From Candidatus Spongiisociaceae bacterium (GTDB taxonomy: Bacteria > Actinomycetota > Acidimicrobiia > Spongiisociales > Spongiisociaceae), in contig OZ253564.1 in NCBI GenBank assembly GCA_965262915.1, positions 1,165,597 to 1,229,596 of the forward strand: a stretch of 64,000 bases of DNA, written 5' to 3'. Below the pieces are notes generated by a model. The model was not told the origin of the DNA, ran no database searches, and saw only the letters and a program-made list of their open reading frames with translations. Shown piece by piece: positions 28,248-38,076 of this stretch (position 1 is the first letter of the stretch; every line of letters begins with the position of its first letter). Both the position numbers and the translations under genes were made by a program.

Positions 28248-29252
28248 TCAGACCGGAGGTGGTGGAGGTGTTAGCGGGGTGTAATCGGCCGCCAGCAGCG
28301 CCTTTCCGGACCGGCTCCGTAGAGCGGCCGCCACGCCCACCAGGGTTATGGTGCCCCCGCCGACATGGGTAAGGGTCACGGCTTCGCCTAGGAAGAACCA
28401 CGCCATGGCCGCTGCCAGGAAGGGGAGCGAAAGGTTCATCAGCGGCGGTACGTTGGCCGGGACCCAGCGGAGGCTCCAGGTAAGGAGGATGGCACCGATG
28501 CCGCCCGGCAGGACCACCACGCCAAGTACCTGGAGCATGTCCGGGCCGGTCACATCCCAGATGTCCTGACGGGTGGCGAGACAGAACAATGAAACGAACA
28601 GAGCGCTGACGAGGAGCATGCCCATCGTCAACGGAATGGTCTGCATGGTTCCCCGGGCCAGCTTCACGGTCACGAACTGCAGCGACCAGGAAACGACGGA
28701 CAGCGCCCCCAGGGCGATGCCGAGTGGGCTTCCGTCCGGCCCCGTCGAGCCGCCGAGAATCACCACCGAGGACCCGAGGATCGCCACCAAGGTCCACAGA
28801 CGGAAACGCATTCCGGGACGCTCCCCGAACAGAGGGATCGCCCACAGAGCGATGAAGACCGGATTGAGCATCGTCAGCAACGACACGTCGGCCACAGAGG
28901 TGAACTTGACCGCAGTCATGAACATCGTGGTCGAGGCGGCGTGGAACAGGCCGGCCAGAGCAGGAATCTTCCACTCGCGGCCTCGCGGTAGGGCGAGGTC
29001 GAAGCGCCCGGCGAGCGCAACCGCGGCGAAGGTAACCACGACCCCGATCCAGGACCTCCAGAACGAGAAAACCGGGCCGGTTGTGGAAGACGCCTGCACG
29101 AAGACCGGAGCGGTGCTGAAGGCCACCACCGATGTGCCGATCAGGATGAGAGGCCTGCGAGAGCCGAGGTTCCGCAGCTCCTTGATGGCCGCCGGGGGAT
29201 TCAACAAGCTTCTCGTACGAGCGCTGCTGGACGGGTGATCGGTCTCAGCCAC
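28248..29252 (-). CDS. EamA/DMT-family transporter
   Basis: 334 aa, about 10 hydrophobic segments in two EamA-like halves. Confidence 0.75.
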   Translation of the reverse strand: MAETDHPSSSARTRSLLNPPAAIKELRNLGSRRPLILIGTSVVAFSTAPVFVQASSTTGPVFSFWRSWIGVVVTFAAVALAGRFDLALPRGREWKIPALAGLFHAASTTMFMTAVKFTSVADVSLLTMLNPVFIALWAIPLFGERPGMRFRLWTLVAILGSSVVILGGSTGPDGSPLGIALGALSVVSWSLQFVTVKLARGTMQTIPLTMGMLLVSALFVSLFCLATRQDIWDVTGPDMLQVLGVVVLPGGIGAILLTWSLRWVPANVPPLMNLSLPFLAAAMAWFFLGEAVTLTHVGGGTITLVGVAAALRSRSGKALLAADYTPLTPPPPPV

Positions 29253-29423
29253 CGAGGCTCACGATTATCCAGGTTGGCGTCACTCGTTCCTTCGCCGTTC
29301 CCTAGCCGTCCGGCCGTGAGTGCCAGGTGGTTCATCAGGTGCCGGGACCAAGGCAAGGCATGGGTATACGAGTAATCCAGCATCTGTTCCCGTGTTGGAG
29401 CACACCGGTCCCGGATCGCCCGC

Positions 29424-30379
29424 TCAGAGGAACTGCCGGATCTCGAAGCGCTCCTCGTTGGGACCGGCCAGGATCGCGATCCTGTATCGATCGGATCCCA
29501 CCACGACTTCGGCGGGACCGGCGAGGATCTCTTGGGGACTCGCTCGGCCGACGACCGCGTCCAAGTCCTCCACATCGTGGGTGTAGAGAGAGATGCCGAG
29601 GTTACGCGGATGCATCCGGCCGGCCAGCCGAGGCCCGGTGCCTTCGTAGAAGTGGACCAGCAGGTACTTGCCGCTCGGGTCCGGTGGGGCGTTGAAGACG
29701 AGGAAGTGCATGGGTGTCCGCGCGGAGCCCCGACTAGCTCATTGGCGACCTCGAGCAGGTCGTCGGCCACATCGGCGGCACTGCGGACGTTCATCCCCAG
29801 TACCTCCCCGTAGAACCGCCTGCTGCGATCCGGGTCGTCACAAATCACCGAGACTGTTGCGATCTCGCTGTAGCGGGCGCCGGGCGGCTGCACCCGGTGG
29901 GAGCTGGCGGGGTGGTTGACCACCACCATGAGCAGGGACGGAACCCCGTCCGGGCCGGTGAAGAGGAGTTCCTCGGTCTCGGTGGGCCCGATCACGTAGT
30001 GGATGGGTCGCGATCTAGGCGGGAATCCGGCCGCAGTCATCTCGGCGATGGCTTCATCCAGATCGTGGTTCACGTAGAAATCGATGGCCTTCGGGCCGAC
30101 ATCCACCGCCGAGTCCGGGCCGTCGAAGTCGTCTCGGACCCGTCGCGTGGCGGCGGGCTCATGTTCCACCAGCCTCAGTTGCCCGCTCGGGTATCCCTGG
30201 TAGGAGAGGTGAGTCACCTGCGCTGAGACGCTCCCGTTGAGTTCCCAAAGATCGAGGAGATCAGGGCTCGCTTCCCACTCGGCCTCGATACGGAGTCCGA
30301 CCACATCCCGGAACAGGCGCAGGGCATCCTCGGTGTCGGTCACACCGATAGTCACGATTCGTAGCGGCCCAACGGACAT
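29424..30379 (-). pseudogene. Two-module VOC family protein with a frameshift near 29712
   Basis: The N-terminal 220 aa are good (MSVGPLRIVTIGVTDTEDALRLFRDVVGL...). After ...VGAPRG the frame becomes Ser/Thr/Arg noise. The true continuation MHFLVFNAPPDPSGKYLLVHFYEG... is ORF 29424..29711. Confidence 0.6.
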
Positions 30380-30409
30380 CCCGGACCTTCCCAGAGAGCG
30401 CGACCTATC

Positions 30410-31430
30410 TTATTGTCGGGGATCTCCGAGGATCGCGCTGCGCAGTTCGGTCCGGGCGGTCCGAACATCATCCGGGGTGAGGCCGAACGCTTCCGGCATG
30501 TGCGAGTAGAAGTTCCCGCAGTTGACCGGAACCACCTCTTCCACCTCGCCGATGGCGTCGAGATCCGCCCGTACCCGGTCGGGCGTACTGACCAGAACGA
30601 AGTCGCGTACCAGGTCGTCGGGCAGCAGCCGGCCGGCTTCTGTCCAGAGTTCCCTCTCGACGAGAACGACGAACTCGTTCCTGAACTCCTCTCCGGCTGC
30701 GTCGGCGAGGCGGGCCCATGTACCAAGCGCGCGACATGGCGATCGTGAGATCGGCACGGACCCTTAGGAGGGCTTCCTCCTCGTCCCGGTGGACCGACAC
30801 CACCATCCCGGTGCTCAGGTGGAACGGGGCGGCCGCATCCCGGGCCCCGGCAACGATGGACACGCGGTTGCGCATGACGCGGCGAGCCGTCATGAGGTGC
30901 ATGACCAGCCCGTCGGTGGCTGTAGCCGCTCACTGAACCGTGCGAGGGCCTTGCGCACCGGTCACCACGGGTACCCGGCTCCTATCGAGGCCCAACCCGG
31001 TAGAGGCGGCCCGGTAGTGCTCAGTGGTCATCTCGACCGGCTCGCCGGCTGGTCCCCGCAACACCCCGAGGACACACTCGGTGAAGTTGCGCAGGCGTCC
31101 GAGCGATGGCCGGTATCCGACGCCGAGGGCATGTTCGTTGGTTGTGGGTGTGCCGATCCCCAGCCCGAGCGTGAAGGTGCGTCCGAACCCGGCGATGCCG
31201 GCGGTGGCGAGGGCGGTCTGCAGGGGTGATCGGGTAGGGAGGGCCACGCCTATGCCGAGCGATACGTGGTCGGTGGCCGCAACCGCCAGAGCTGCGTCCA
31301 CGAAGCCGTCCCGCCCAGGGATGTCGGCCGAAAGTATGCTGCTCACCCCAGCTTTCTCGGCGCGGGCACAGTCCTCGTACCAGTCACGGGATGTTTCTGA
31401 CAGGGCTCTCGAATAGCCGACGGATGCCAT
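30410..31430 (-). pseudogene. LLM-class oxidoreductase paralog with an in-frame TGA (30930-32) and a frameshift near 30750
   Basis: Aligns along its length with 61807..62820. GPRTVQ-stop-AATATDG aligns with GPRMTRLAAEETDG. A later frame switch joins ORFs 30468..30902 and 30410..30757. Confidence 0.65.
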
Positions 31431-31473
31431 GGATACCCTCGATGTCGTCGGGGTTAGAGTCAGCCCGGCCAGC

Positions 31474-31543
31474 CTAGTGGTATGTCTGTGAAATGGCGTC
31501 GATGGCAAGCAGAGCACGGTAGGTTGTTTTGCAGACAGGGCAC
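31474..31543. repeat. Inverted-repeat element, family C, short diverged copy
   Basis: CTAGTGGTATGTCTGTGAAA ... GTTTTGCAGACAGGGCAC. The right arm abuts the AAGGAGG RBS of the VOC gene at 31555. Confidence 0.4.
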
Positions 31544-31554
31544 AAGGAGGGACG

Positions 31555-32481
31555 TTGATCTCACCCATATCGGTTGCAACGGTCGGAGTCACCGACCTCG
31601 AGGTCTCTGTCCACTTCTACCGGTCTCTCCTGGAATGGGAAGTTGTAGCCACAGGAGAGGTGGGAGGCCCTGATCTCGAGGCCCTGTGGCGTATGTCGCC
31701 GGGTCTGAGCGGACGGGCCACGGTAGTCGGCGCTCCGGGTCTGGAACTGGGGCGGGTTCGCCTCGTGGAATGGGACCGGCCCGGCGAGCTGGTTCGGGAT
31801 CCCGCCCGCAACCAGGACTTCGGCCACTACGCGCTGAACTTCCGCGTCGAGGACTTGCAGGACGTGTGGGAAGGGCTGGAGGACATAGGCGGTAGCGCTC
31901 GGTCGAGGCCTAACACGTGGGTGGTGGCCGAAGGCATACTCGCCCACGACTCGCTGTGCTACGACCCCGACGGCATCACCTGCGACGTGTTCGAGCTTCC
32001 CGACGAGGGCCCGCTCGGCCCGCTGGGTGATCGTGCCTCCAGCGAGCTGCAGACGATGGCCATCCGCCCCCGTGACATCGCTGCCTCGGCCGCCTTCTAT
32101 ACCGGGCTGGGCTACGAGACATGGTACGACCAGAAGACCGACGGGATCGAGGGATTCCTCCACCTGCCGGAGGGCACCACCCTCCACAACGTCAACTTCC
32201 ACATGCCTTCGCAAAGCCGCAACGGACGGGTCGAGTTGGCCGCTTACCTGGGCTTTCCGGGCGTCCCGACTTCGCATCGAGCCGTCCCGCCCAACATCGG
32301 GATCATGTCGATCACCTTCGAGAGCGACGACTTCGACCGGGACGCGGAACTGGCCGAGGAACTCGGAGCCACGATGGTCGCCCCGTCGCGCCAGGTCGAG
32401 GTCGGTCCCTACGGCGCCACCCGTGTAGCTACCTACCTGGGTCCGGACGGCGAGGCCATCGAACTGGTCGACATCGGATGA
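31555..32481 (+). CDS. Two-module VOC family protein (intact)
   Basis: 308 aa. TTG start after AAGGAGGG. ISPISVATVGVTDLEVSVHFYRSLL... plus a second module. Confidence 0.8.
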   Translation: MISPISVATVGVTDLEVSVHFYRSLLEWEVVATGEVGGPDLEALWRMSPGLSGRATVVGAPGLELGRVRLVEWDRPGELVRDPARNQDFGHYALNFRVEDLQDVWEGLEDIGGSARSRPNTWVVAEGILAHDSLCYDPDGITCDVFELPDEGPLGPLGDRASSELQTMAIRPRDIAASAAFYTGLGYETWYDQKTDGIEGFLHLPEGTTLHNVNFHMPSQSRNGRVELAAYLGFPGVPTSHRAVPPNIGIMSITFESDDFDRDAELAEELGATMVAPSRQVEVGPYGATRVATYLGPDGEAIELVDIG

Positions 32482-33050
32482 GCATCCCGGGCGTGCCCTT
32501 CGAGGAGATGGACCCGGCGATGCGCCGCCGGGCGGAGGTGGCAGCCGAGCTGACCGGTGACATACGTTTCATCCGGGCCATAGCGGCAGTTCCTCATATG
32601 GCCGACTTCTACTTCGGCAACTTCTACGAGCATGTGTTCTTCGGCGGCGACGTGCCGATCGTGACCAAGGAGTTGGTCCGCCTGCGCCTCTCGAACCTGC
32701 ACGGCTGCGCCTTCTGAAACCACACCAATCCCGTCTCGGCGAGACGGCAGGGAGTAACCGAAGAGCAGATCGCAGCAGTGGCCGGCGACATCTGGTCGGG
32801 TCCGTTCACCGAGGCGGAGAAGGCGGCGCTGGCCACCGTGCTTTCCAACGCAGTACAGGACGGGGTGGTTGACGAGGAACTGGCGACCGAACTCCGCCGT
32901 CACTACCCCGACGGGCAGATCATGGAGCTAGCGATGGCGATCGCCATACTGGTCGGGATGGCCCGCCTGCTGTTCGCATTCGATCTCGCCGACCGCGAGT
33001 TGGCATGTCCCGTCGGGCGCCTCTCCGATAATCGAAGCATAGGTGACTGA
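32478..33050 (+). CDS. AhpD/carboxymuconolactone decarboxylase-like protein with an in-frame TGA at the second Cys of the CxxC motif (candidate selenoprotein, otherwise pseudogene)
   Basis: ATGA overlap with the VOC stop. ...LRLSNLHGCAF[TGA 32715-17]NHTNP... continues in the same frame as ORF 32778..33050 (CMD-like C-terminal half). Combined length 190 codons fits the family. Confidence 0.6.
32731..32747 (+). other. Hairpin 13 nt downstream of the in-frame TGA (candidate bacterial SECIS)
   Basis: CCGTCTC-GGC-GAGACGG, a perfect 7-bp stem with a G-rich apical loop. Confidence 0.35.
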
Positions 33051-33068
33051 GGTGTTCCTCTGGTCCGA

Positions 33069-34079
33069 TCAATGGAGTTGGGTGTAGCCGGGTACTTTTT
33101 CGTAGGGACTGTCCAGATAGACCTTTGCCTCGGGCGCGCCACTGAAACGACCGTGGCTCCACCGTACCTCTACATGGCCATCCACGCGGATAGCCGTACC
33201 CGAATACTTGTCGGTTAGCTCGGACCACCACCTGATCATTGGCTGCCCAGCGTTGAGGTCCGGGCGCACGTCTAAGGATCGGAAGGTGTAGCGGCGCCGG
33301 AAGTCCCATGGAGTGTCAACTCGGTAGCGCATCGGAAGCTTCGTAGACGCAGCACCCAAGATGAAGTAGGGTGCCGACTGCAGCCTCAGTAGCCGCCACA
33401 GAGTCTCCTCCCTGACCTTCTTACGTTTACCCAAGGCTTTTTGCCACCGCGCAGCAGAGGTCCGCGAAACGGCGATGCAAAACCGCTGGTACGGATCCAT
33501 GAGGGTCTCCGGCCAGTGTCGCTTGAACTCCTCTTTCAATCGAACGCGATCCTGCTTCGTCAGATCACCGACTGATCCTGGTAGATTCGCAGTACCCAAA
33601 TAACTCCGGCACGCTCGGTAGAGATCCTGGTACTCGGCCGGGGCCACCTCGGAGTACCAATTCACCGGTGGCCCGTGGCGTGCGGCGAGCAACCGGACGA
33701 AGAGGTGAGAAGGTGATGCGTTATACAAGACCTTCGACATGTATTTGCAGCTCACCAGGTAGACATAGTCCACCCGGAGATCGGCAGGTACCTGCTCGTA
33801 ACCCGGGGCCTTGTGACTCCCCTTCCATTCCACGCGGAGCGGTTTTCGGTTGCGGAGGCCTTCGGACGAAGAAGCGAACATTTCGCCGTTGTTCCAAGCA
33901 CTGCTGAACAGCCGCCCGTGCTTCCCCGCTTCTCTGGCTCGTGCTAGACGATCAAAGTTCTCAGCGGTTACGTTCAGGATCTCAGCCGGACCGGTGAGCA
34001 GTGCTGTGTCCAGGGACTCGACCCCGAGCATGCCCAACCCTGTAACGATCTCGGTCAGTTCAGTCCGGAGGCTGGGCAT
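33069..34079 (-). CDS. Putative type II restriction endonuclease
   Basis: 336 aa, 40 nt downstream of the methyltransferase. Visibly lower GC. Possible PD...(S/E)xK-like segment PADLRVDYVYLVSCK. No other recognisable domain. Confidence 0.45.
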   Translation of the reverse strand: MPSLRTELTEIVTGLGMLGVESLDTALLTGPAEILNVTAENFDRLARAREAGKHGRLFSSAWNNGEMFASSSEGLRNRKPLRVEWKGSHKAPGYEQVPADLRVDYVYLVSCKYMSKVLYNASPSHLFVRLLAARHGPPVNWYSEVAPAEYQDLYRACRSYLGTANLPGSVGDLTKQDRVRLKEEFKRHWPETLMDPYQRFCIAVSRTSAARWQKALGKRKKVREETLWRLLRLQSAPYFILGAASTKLPMRYRVDTPWDFRRRYTFRSLDVRPDLNAGQPMIRWWSELTDKYSGTAIRVDGHVEVRWSHGRFSGAPEAKVYLDSPYEKVPGYTQLH

Positions 34080-34119
34080 CGATGCTGGACTGTCTCAATC
34101 TCCGAAGGTCACGCGTCAC

Positions 34120-35094
34120 TTAGGGCCGCTGGCCAGCGAGACCTATCTCTTGACTGGTGCCCCCGGAGTCATCGAGATTGGCGATACGGGCTCTGGCTAG
34201 CTTCACGTAGTCGGGATCGATGTCATAACCAACGGCGCGGCGGTTGGCCGCCTTGGCCGCCACCAGGGTAGTTCCCGAGCCCATGAACGGATCTAGGACC
34301 AGGTCTCGCTCATAGGTGTAGAGCTGGATAAGGCGCGCCGGTAGCTCAACCGGGAATGGTGCCGGATGGCCGATCCTGCTGGCGTGGGCGGGGGGGATAT
34401 CCCAGATGTCGATCGTTGCCTCCATGAACTCGTCGCGGCCGATGGTCGACTCGTACGGCATCTCGTCGGCTCTACGCTGGGCAGCAGTACGGGCTCGGTT
34501 GAAGCGGCCCTTTCCGGCCACGATGATGCGTTCGGTAACGTCTCGCAGAACAGGGTTGGCCGGGCTGCGCCATGATCCCCATGCACATGAGCCGCCCGCG
34601 GCCTTGGCCTTTCTCCAGATGATCTCGCCGCGCAGGAGCAGCCCGAGTTGGTCTTGGAGTATGCCGATCACATCCGCGCTCAAGCTACGGTATGGCTTGC
34701 GGCCGAGGTTGGCGACGTTAATGGCCATCCGACCGCCTGGTTCGAGCACCCGCACGCACTCCCGGAACACGCCGCTCAGCAGCGCCAAGTATTCCACATA
34801 GGATTCGGGCACCTGCCGACCTGCTACTGCCTGCTCGTACACCTTCCCTACGAAGTAGGGCGGTGAGGTAACTACGAGGGCGACGCAGTTGTCGGGCAGC
34901 GCAGCCATCTCCCGACTGTCACCGTGGATCGGTCGAGGCTCGTCGAAACCCTCGGCGACCTTGACGCGATCGTCGCTCGAGAGTTCCGGTGGAGGGAAAC
35001 GGGCGTAGAACGCAGACGCGTCGTGGCCCTCGCGGCGGCCCGATCCGAAACTAGAGGTAGCTGTACTCCGGCGCGTTTGCCGTGCATGATCCAC
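34120..35094 (-). CDS. Beta-class DNA methyltransferase (N4-cytosine/N6-adenine; the SPPY motif favours m4C)
   Basis: Motif IV TSPPY precedes motif I DPFMGSGTT. GTG start after AAGGAGGAGG. Confidence 0.88.
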   Translation of the reverse strand: MDHARQTRRSTATSSFGSGRREGHDASAFYARFPPPELSSDDRVKVAEGFDEPRPIHGDSREMAALPDNCVALVVTSPPYFVGKVYEQAVAGRQVPESYVEYLALLSGVFRECVRVLEPGGRMAINVANLGRKPYRSLSADVIGILQDQLGLLLRGEIIWRKAKAAGGSCAWGSWRSPANPVLRDVTERIIVAGKGRFNRARTAAQRRADEMPYESTIGRDEFMEATIDIWDIPPAHASRIGHPAPFPVELPARLIQLYTYERDLVLDPFMGSGTTLVAAKAANRRAVGYDIDPDYVKLARARIANLDDSGGTSQEIGLAGQRP

Positions 35095-35125
35095 CCCGCA
35101 CCTCCTCCTTGCCTATATTACAGCC

Positions 35126-35137
35126 TTGTAATTACAA
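35126..35137. promoter_or_regulatory. Perfect 12-bp palindrome TTGTAATTACAA in the R-M promoter region
   Basis: AT-rich palindrome 32 nt upstream of the methyltransferase start, in an otherwise GC-rich context. Confidence 0.35.
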
Positions 35138-35249
35138 ATGTAGCCTCCGTGTGTGACGGGACACCTTGTAAGGGGAAGCCAGGTCTGCGAGATCGAGTGA
35201 TCACGCAAGCACTGCCGTGCTCCGACTGCAGTGACGCTTGCCAGGCATG

Positions 35250-36110
35250 TCAATTACCTGTGATCAGGTACGAGAGTGTGCGGTTGGCGTTCATGGGGGC
35301 CCACTGCTTGAAGCCGGGCCAGTGGCCGTAGCGAGGCCTCAAGCGTTCGGCCACCCTGGCGCAGGTCTCGTTGCGGACCCGCTCGGTCATCTGCATGCCG
35401 TCCTCGCCGGGTAGGGGTTTCTGGCCACCCATCGAGTCGAACTCCTAGGCGGTGATGCCGATGAGTTCGTGGAAGTAGTTGCGATAGTCGTCGGCCCAGG
35501 AGCGGTCCCCGGGGCCGAGATGGCCACCCATGACGATGTCGAAGTGCTCGTCCTCGAGGGCGTCGAGCGTGGAGACGATCCCGGCCAGATCCGAATCGGC
35601 CAGGTCCCGGTAGGGGGCGACCCCGGGCTCGATCACATCCGAGAAGACCATCAACCTGCCGCCGTCCGTATCGGCGAACAGAGCAATGTTCGAGGTCGAG
35701 TGGTTGGGGCCGAAGTACCGGGTTCTGAACCGCACGTTGCCGAACTGAAGCACCTCCTCGTCGGCGACCAGCCGGGTGGGGATCCGCATGTCGTCGGCCC
35801 CTCTCCGCACGATCCGCTCCGCGGCCAGCGGGTGAGCGATGACTTCGGCGTCCGGATTCAGGACCCGGGCGCCGAAGGCGTGGTCACGATGATCGTGGGT
35901 ATAGACGATGGCTACTACAGGAGCATCGGTGACGGTGGTGATAGCTCTCCGGTAGGTCGCCGCGGCGGTGTCGTTGATCCGGTCGACCGCGCAGACGCCT
36001 TCCGAGCCAACGAAGAACGGGCTGGCGTAGAACCCGGCGCGCCACCTGAATATGTATACGTTCCTGCCCAGGCCCTCGACTTCCCAGTCCGGGTTGGCTT
36101 CTGTCATCAT
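35250..36110 (-). pseudogene. MBL-fold metallo-hydrolase paralog interrupted by one in-frame TAG (35445-47)
   Basis: YTHDHRDHAFGA motif. FHELIGITA-stop-EFDSMGGQKPLPGEDG aligns residue for residue with FEELVERTEAAFRRGGGQNPLPGEDG of 15236..16084. Confidence 0.7.
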
Positions 36111-36163
36111 CCATCCTCGCTCTTGCGGCCCTGCGGGGCGCGCACCACCGACGGATGATAGGT

Positions 36164-37731
36164 TTACGTGGGCACCCGGGTGTTCAGTTCGTATCCCAGG
36201 GCGGTGGCGGTGATGACCTCCCGGCCGGATGCCCCCACCATCTCGCCGACGGCCAGCGCCATGGCCGAGATGGGCGCGAACATGTGAACTCCCCTTCCCT
36301 GCTCCTCGAAGTCGGAGTCCGACGCCATCTGAGAGTTGATTCCTGCTGCGAGCCCCGCGCCGACCCGCCCGCCGTCGCCCACGATGGTCGCCTGGGGGGT
36401 TCCGCCCAACCACCTTCCCAGGGCGGCGAACGGCCGGTCGACGATGTCATAGCTGAAAAACGTGATGGCCAGGTTGTCGAGGGTGGCGCGTTTGATGGTC
36501 TCGACGGATTCCCGCGGTATGTCCTCGAACAGGTCGGGCCGTTCGATGGCCAGCTGCAGGCCGAGTACCGCACCCGTGTGGTACCCGTACACGTCGTAGT
36601 CGTCGTGACCCTCGGCATCGCAGACGTCGGCCACCAACCGGGCGAGGTCCGCCAGTCGGGCTCTCCGGGGACCGGCGCCGAGTCCCCGTTGCCCGGTGTG
36701 TCGAGCGAGAGGGTGGGCCGACCGGTTCCCATCGCCGTCATGAGCGGTTCGAGGCCGGCGCTCGATCCGGGCGGTGAGGCCTGCAGGAGGAGCAGGGGTC
36801 TCCCGTGCCCGGGACTGCGCCGTACCAGCATCTGGCCGACCGAAGTCGACACGTATCCGCGCCGGACAGCGCCCGGCGCCGGGGTAGCGGCACGAGGTGG
36901 GGGAGCATCGGCTAGCCGGGACCCCGCCAGAAAGGAGCGGATGAGCCCGACCAACTCGCCCCGGTCGCCGGTCCGGTGGATCCTGACCTCCGTGTTGGAG
37001 GCCGGTTCCGGCAACCGCTCAATGTGGCCGGCGAGGGGATCGTCGGGACCGACGGTGATCATGGTCGGCATGGTCAGACCGGCGAGGGCCCCGGCGGGTT
37101 CGTACCGGAAGGAGGCGTGGTACAGCTGCCACCAGAGCGGGCCCGCCCGCAACATGTCGACCACCTTGTCGTGGAGCACCTCCGCGGAGGGCATGTCGAC
37201 CCTGCGCCGGGCCTCCGGAGTCCGCCGGTACCAGGGCCAGAACAAGAGCATGTCGCGCCGGATCGCCCACGCCCTCACCAGATGGGATCCGTCCCAGCGG
37301 GGTTCCAGAGAGGGCGTGTAGTTGGCCAGCAGGTCAGTTCGCTCATCCTGGGTGTAGGTGCCCAGGGCGTTGAGGACTAAGCGATCGACGCGCTCCGGAT
37401 GGCGATAGGCGAAGTCCAGGGCCAGCGTGGCCCCCGTGTGCGATCCGTACAGGTCGACCCGCTCGAGCCGGAGCCAATCGAGGGTCTCTCCGAGAGCATC
37501 GGAGTAGTCGGCGCACGCCGGCGCGGAGAGCCCGAGACCCGCCGACTCGCCGGCTCCCGGCGCGTCGAGGGCGATCACCGTCCGGTCAGCGGCAAGGTCA
37601 GCCATCAGGGGCTCGAGAGCAAGCGAACTACCGGGGGCGGGATGGAGGAGGACCAGCGCCGGACCACGGCCCGCCCGCCGGTAATGGACCTCCCTGCTGC
37701 CCACGTACCCGAAATGCTTGAGCGTCGTCAC
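36164..37731 (-). pseudogene. Chimeric locus: alpha/beta hydrolase, then a second partial alpha/beta hydrolase (frameshift near 36652), fused to an MmgE/PrpD N-terminal fragment
   Basis: GTG 37731 after GGGAGGAG. First domain ...LYGSHTGATLAL... Second domain restarts at RRGYVSTSVGQMLVRRSPGHGRPLLLLQASP. The alternative frame gives LADLARLVADVCDAEGHDDYDVYGYHTGAV and then PrpD-like TLDNLAITFF...GYELNTRV. Confidence 0.55.
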
Positions 37732-37976
37732 GCCAGCCGACTCCTCCCGGTTCGTCACGGCTGTCACCCGTCCCGAGGTTGCAGCCAAGGCGCGGGTGGC
37801 ATCTCGCCATCCGTCGTATGGCAGTCGCCAAGGTCGTCGGGACCGTACATACCGCCCCGCCACGGTAGTCGAGGCGCAGCCATCCCGAGCGGCTGGACGG
37901 GCCCGGCCGGGTTGTCACCTGCCGGTGGTAGCGGGCTGCAGAGGTCGCGTTCCGCAGGTGGCGGTGGATCTCCCTA

Positions 37977-38076
37977 GGGGAATGCTGAAAAACGGGTAAT
38001 TGGTTGGCCTTCCGTCCGCTGACCTGGGAATTTGTCATCGACCGTCGGGCTAACCGGGGGTCTTGCAGCACTTTCC
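37977..38076. mobile_element. MITE family B, copy 2 (100 bp, TIR GGGGAATGCTGAAAAAC, TA flanks)
   Basis: TA-GGGGAATGCTGAAAAACGGG...CTTGCAGCACTTTCC-TA. Shares GCTGAAAAAC with 27113..27233. The right TA forms part of the carboxypeptidase stop codon. Confidence 0.55.

Noticed and set aside
30930-30932. In-frame TGAs at 30930 (LLM paralog) and 54393 (methyltransferase) as further selenocysteine codons
   Set aside because: Neither aligns with a Cys: the first aligns with Leu in the intact paralog, the second sits at a Trp-like position. Both genes also carry frameshifts, so ordinary pseudogenisation is the simpler reading.
32715-32717. Global reassignment of TGA (for example to Trp or Gly) to explain the in-frame TGAs
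   Set aside because: TGA is the ordinary stop of most genes here, including many ATGA/GTGA stop-start overlaps (2080, 25062, 32478, 45975, 49345, 50223). A global reassignment would destroy these gene ends.
35445-35447. In-frame TAG codons (35445, 63260) as pyrrolysine
   Set aside because: No pyl genes in the window. The host families (MBL hydrolase, IS3 OrfA) are not Pyl proteins, and the aligned residues in paralogs are Ala or Lys-type. Nonsense mutation is more likely.
36184-37863. Single 559-aa protein as given by the ORF track
   Set aside because: The last ~170 residues (Trp/Pro/Ser/Arg-rich) are out-of-frame translation. The alternative frame carries recognisable hydrolase and PrpD sequence, indicating a frameshifted chimeric locus.
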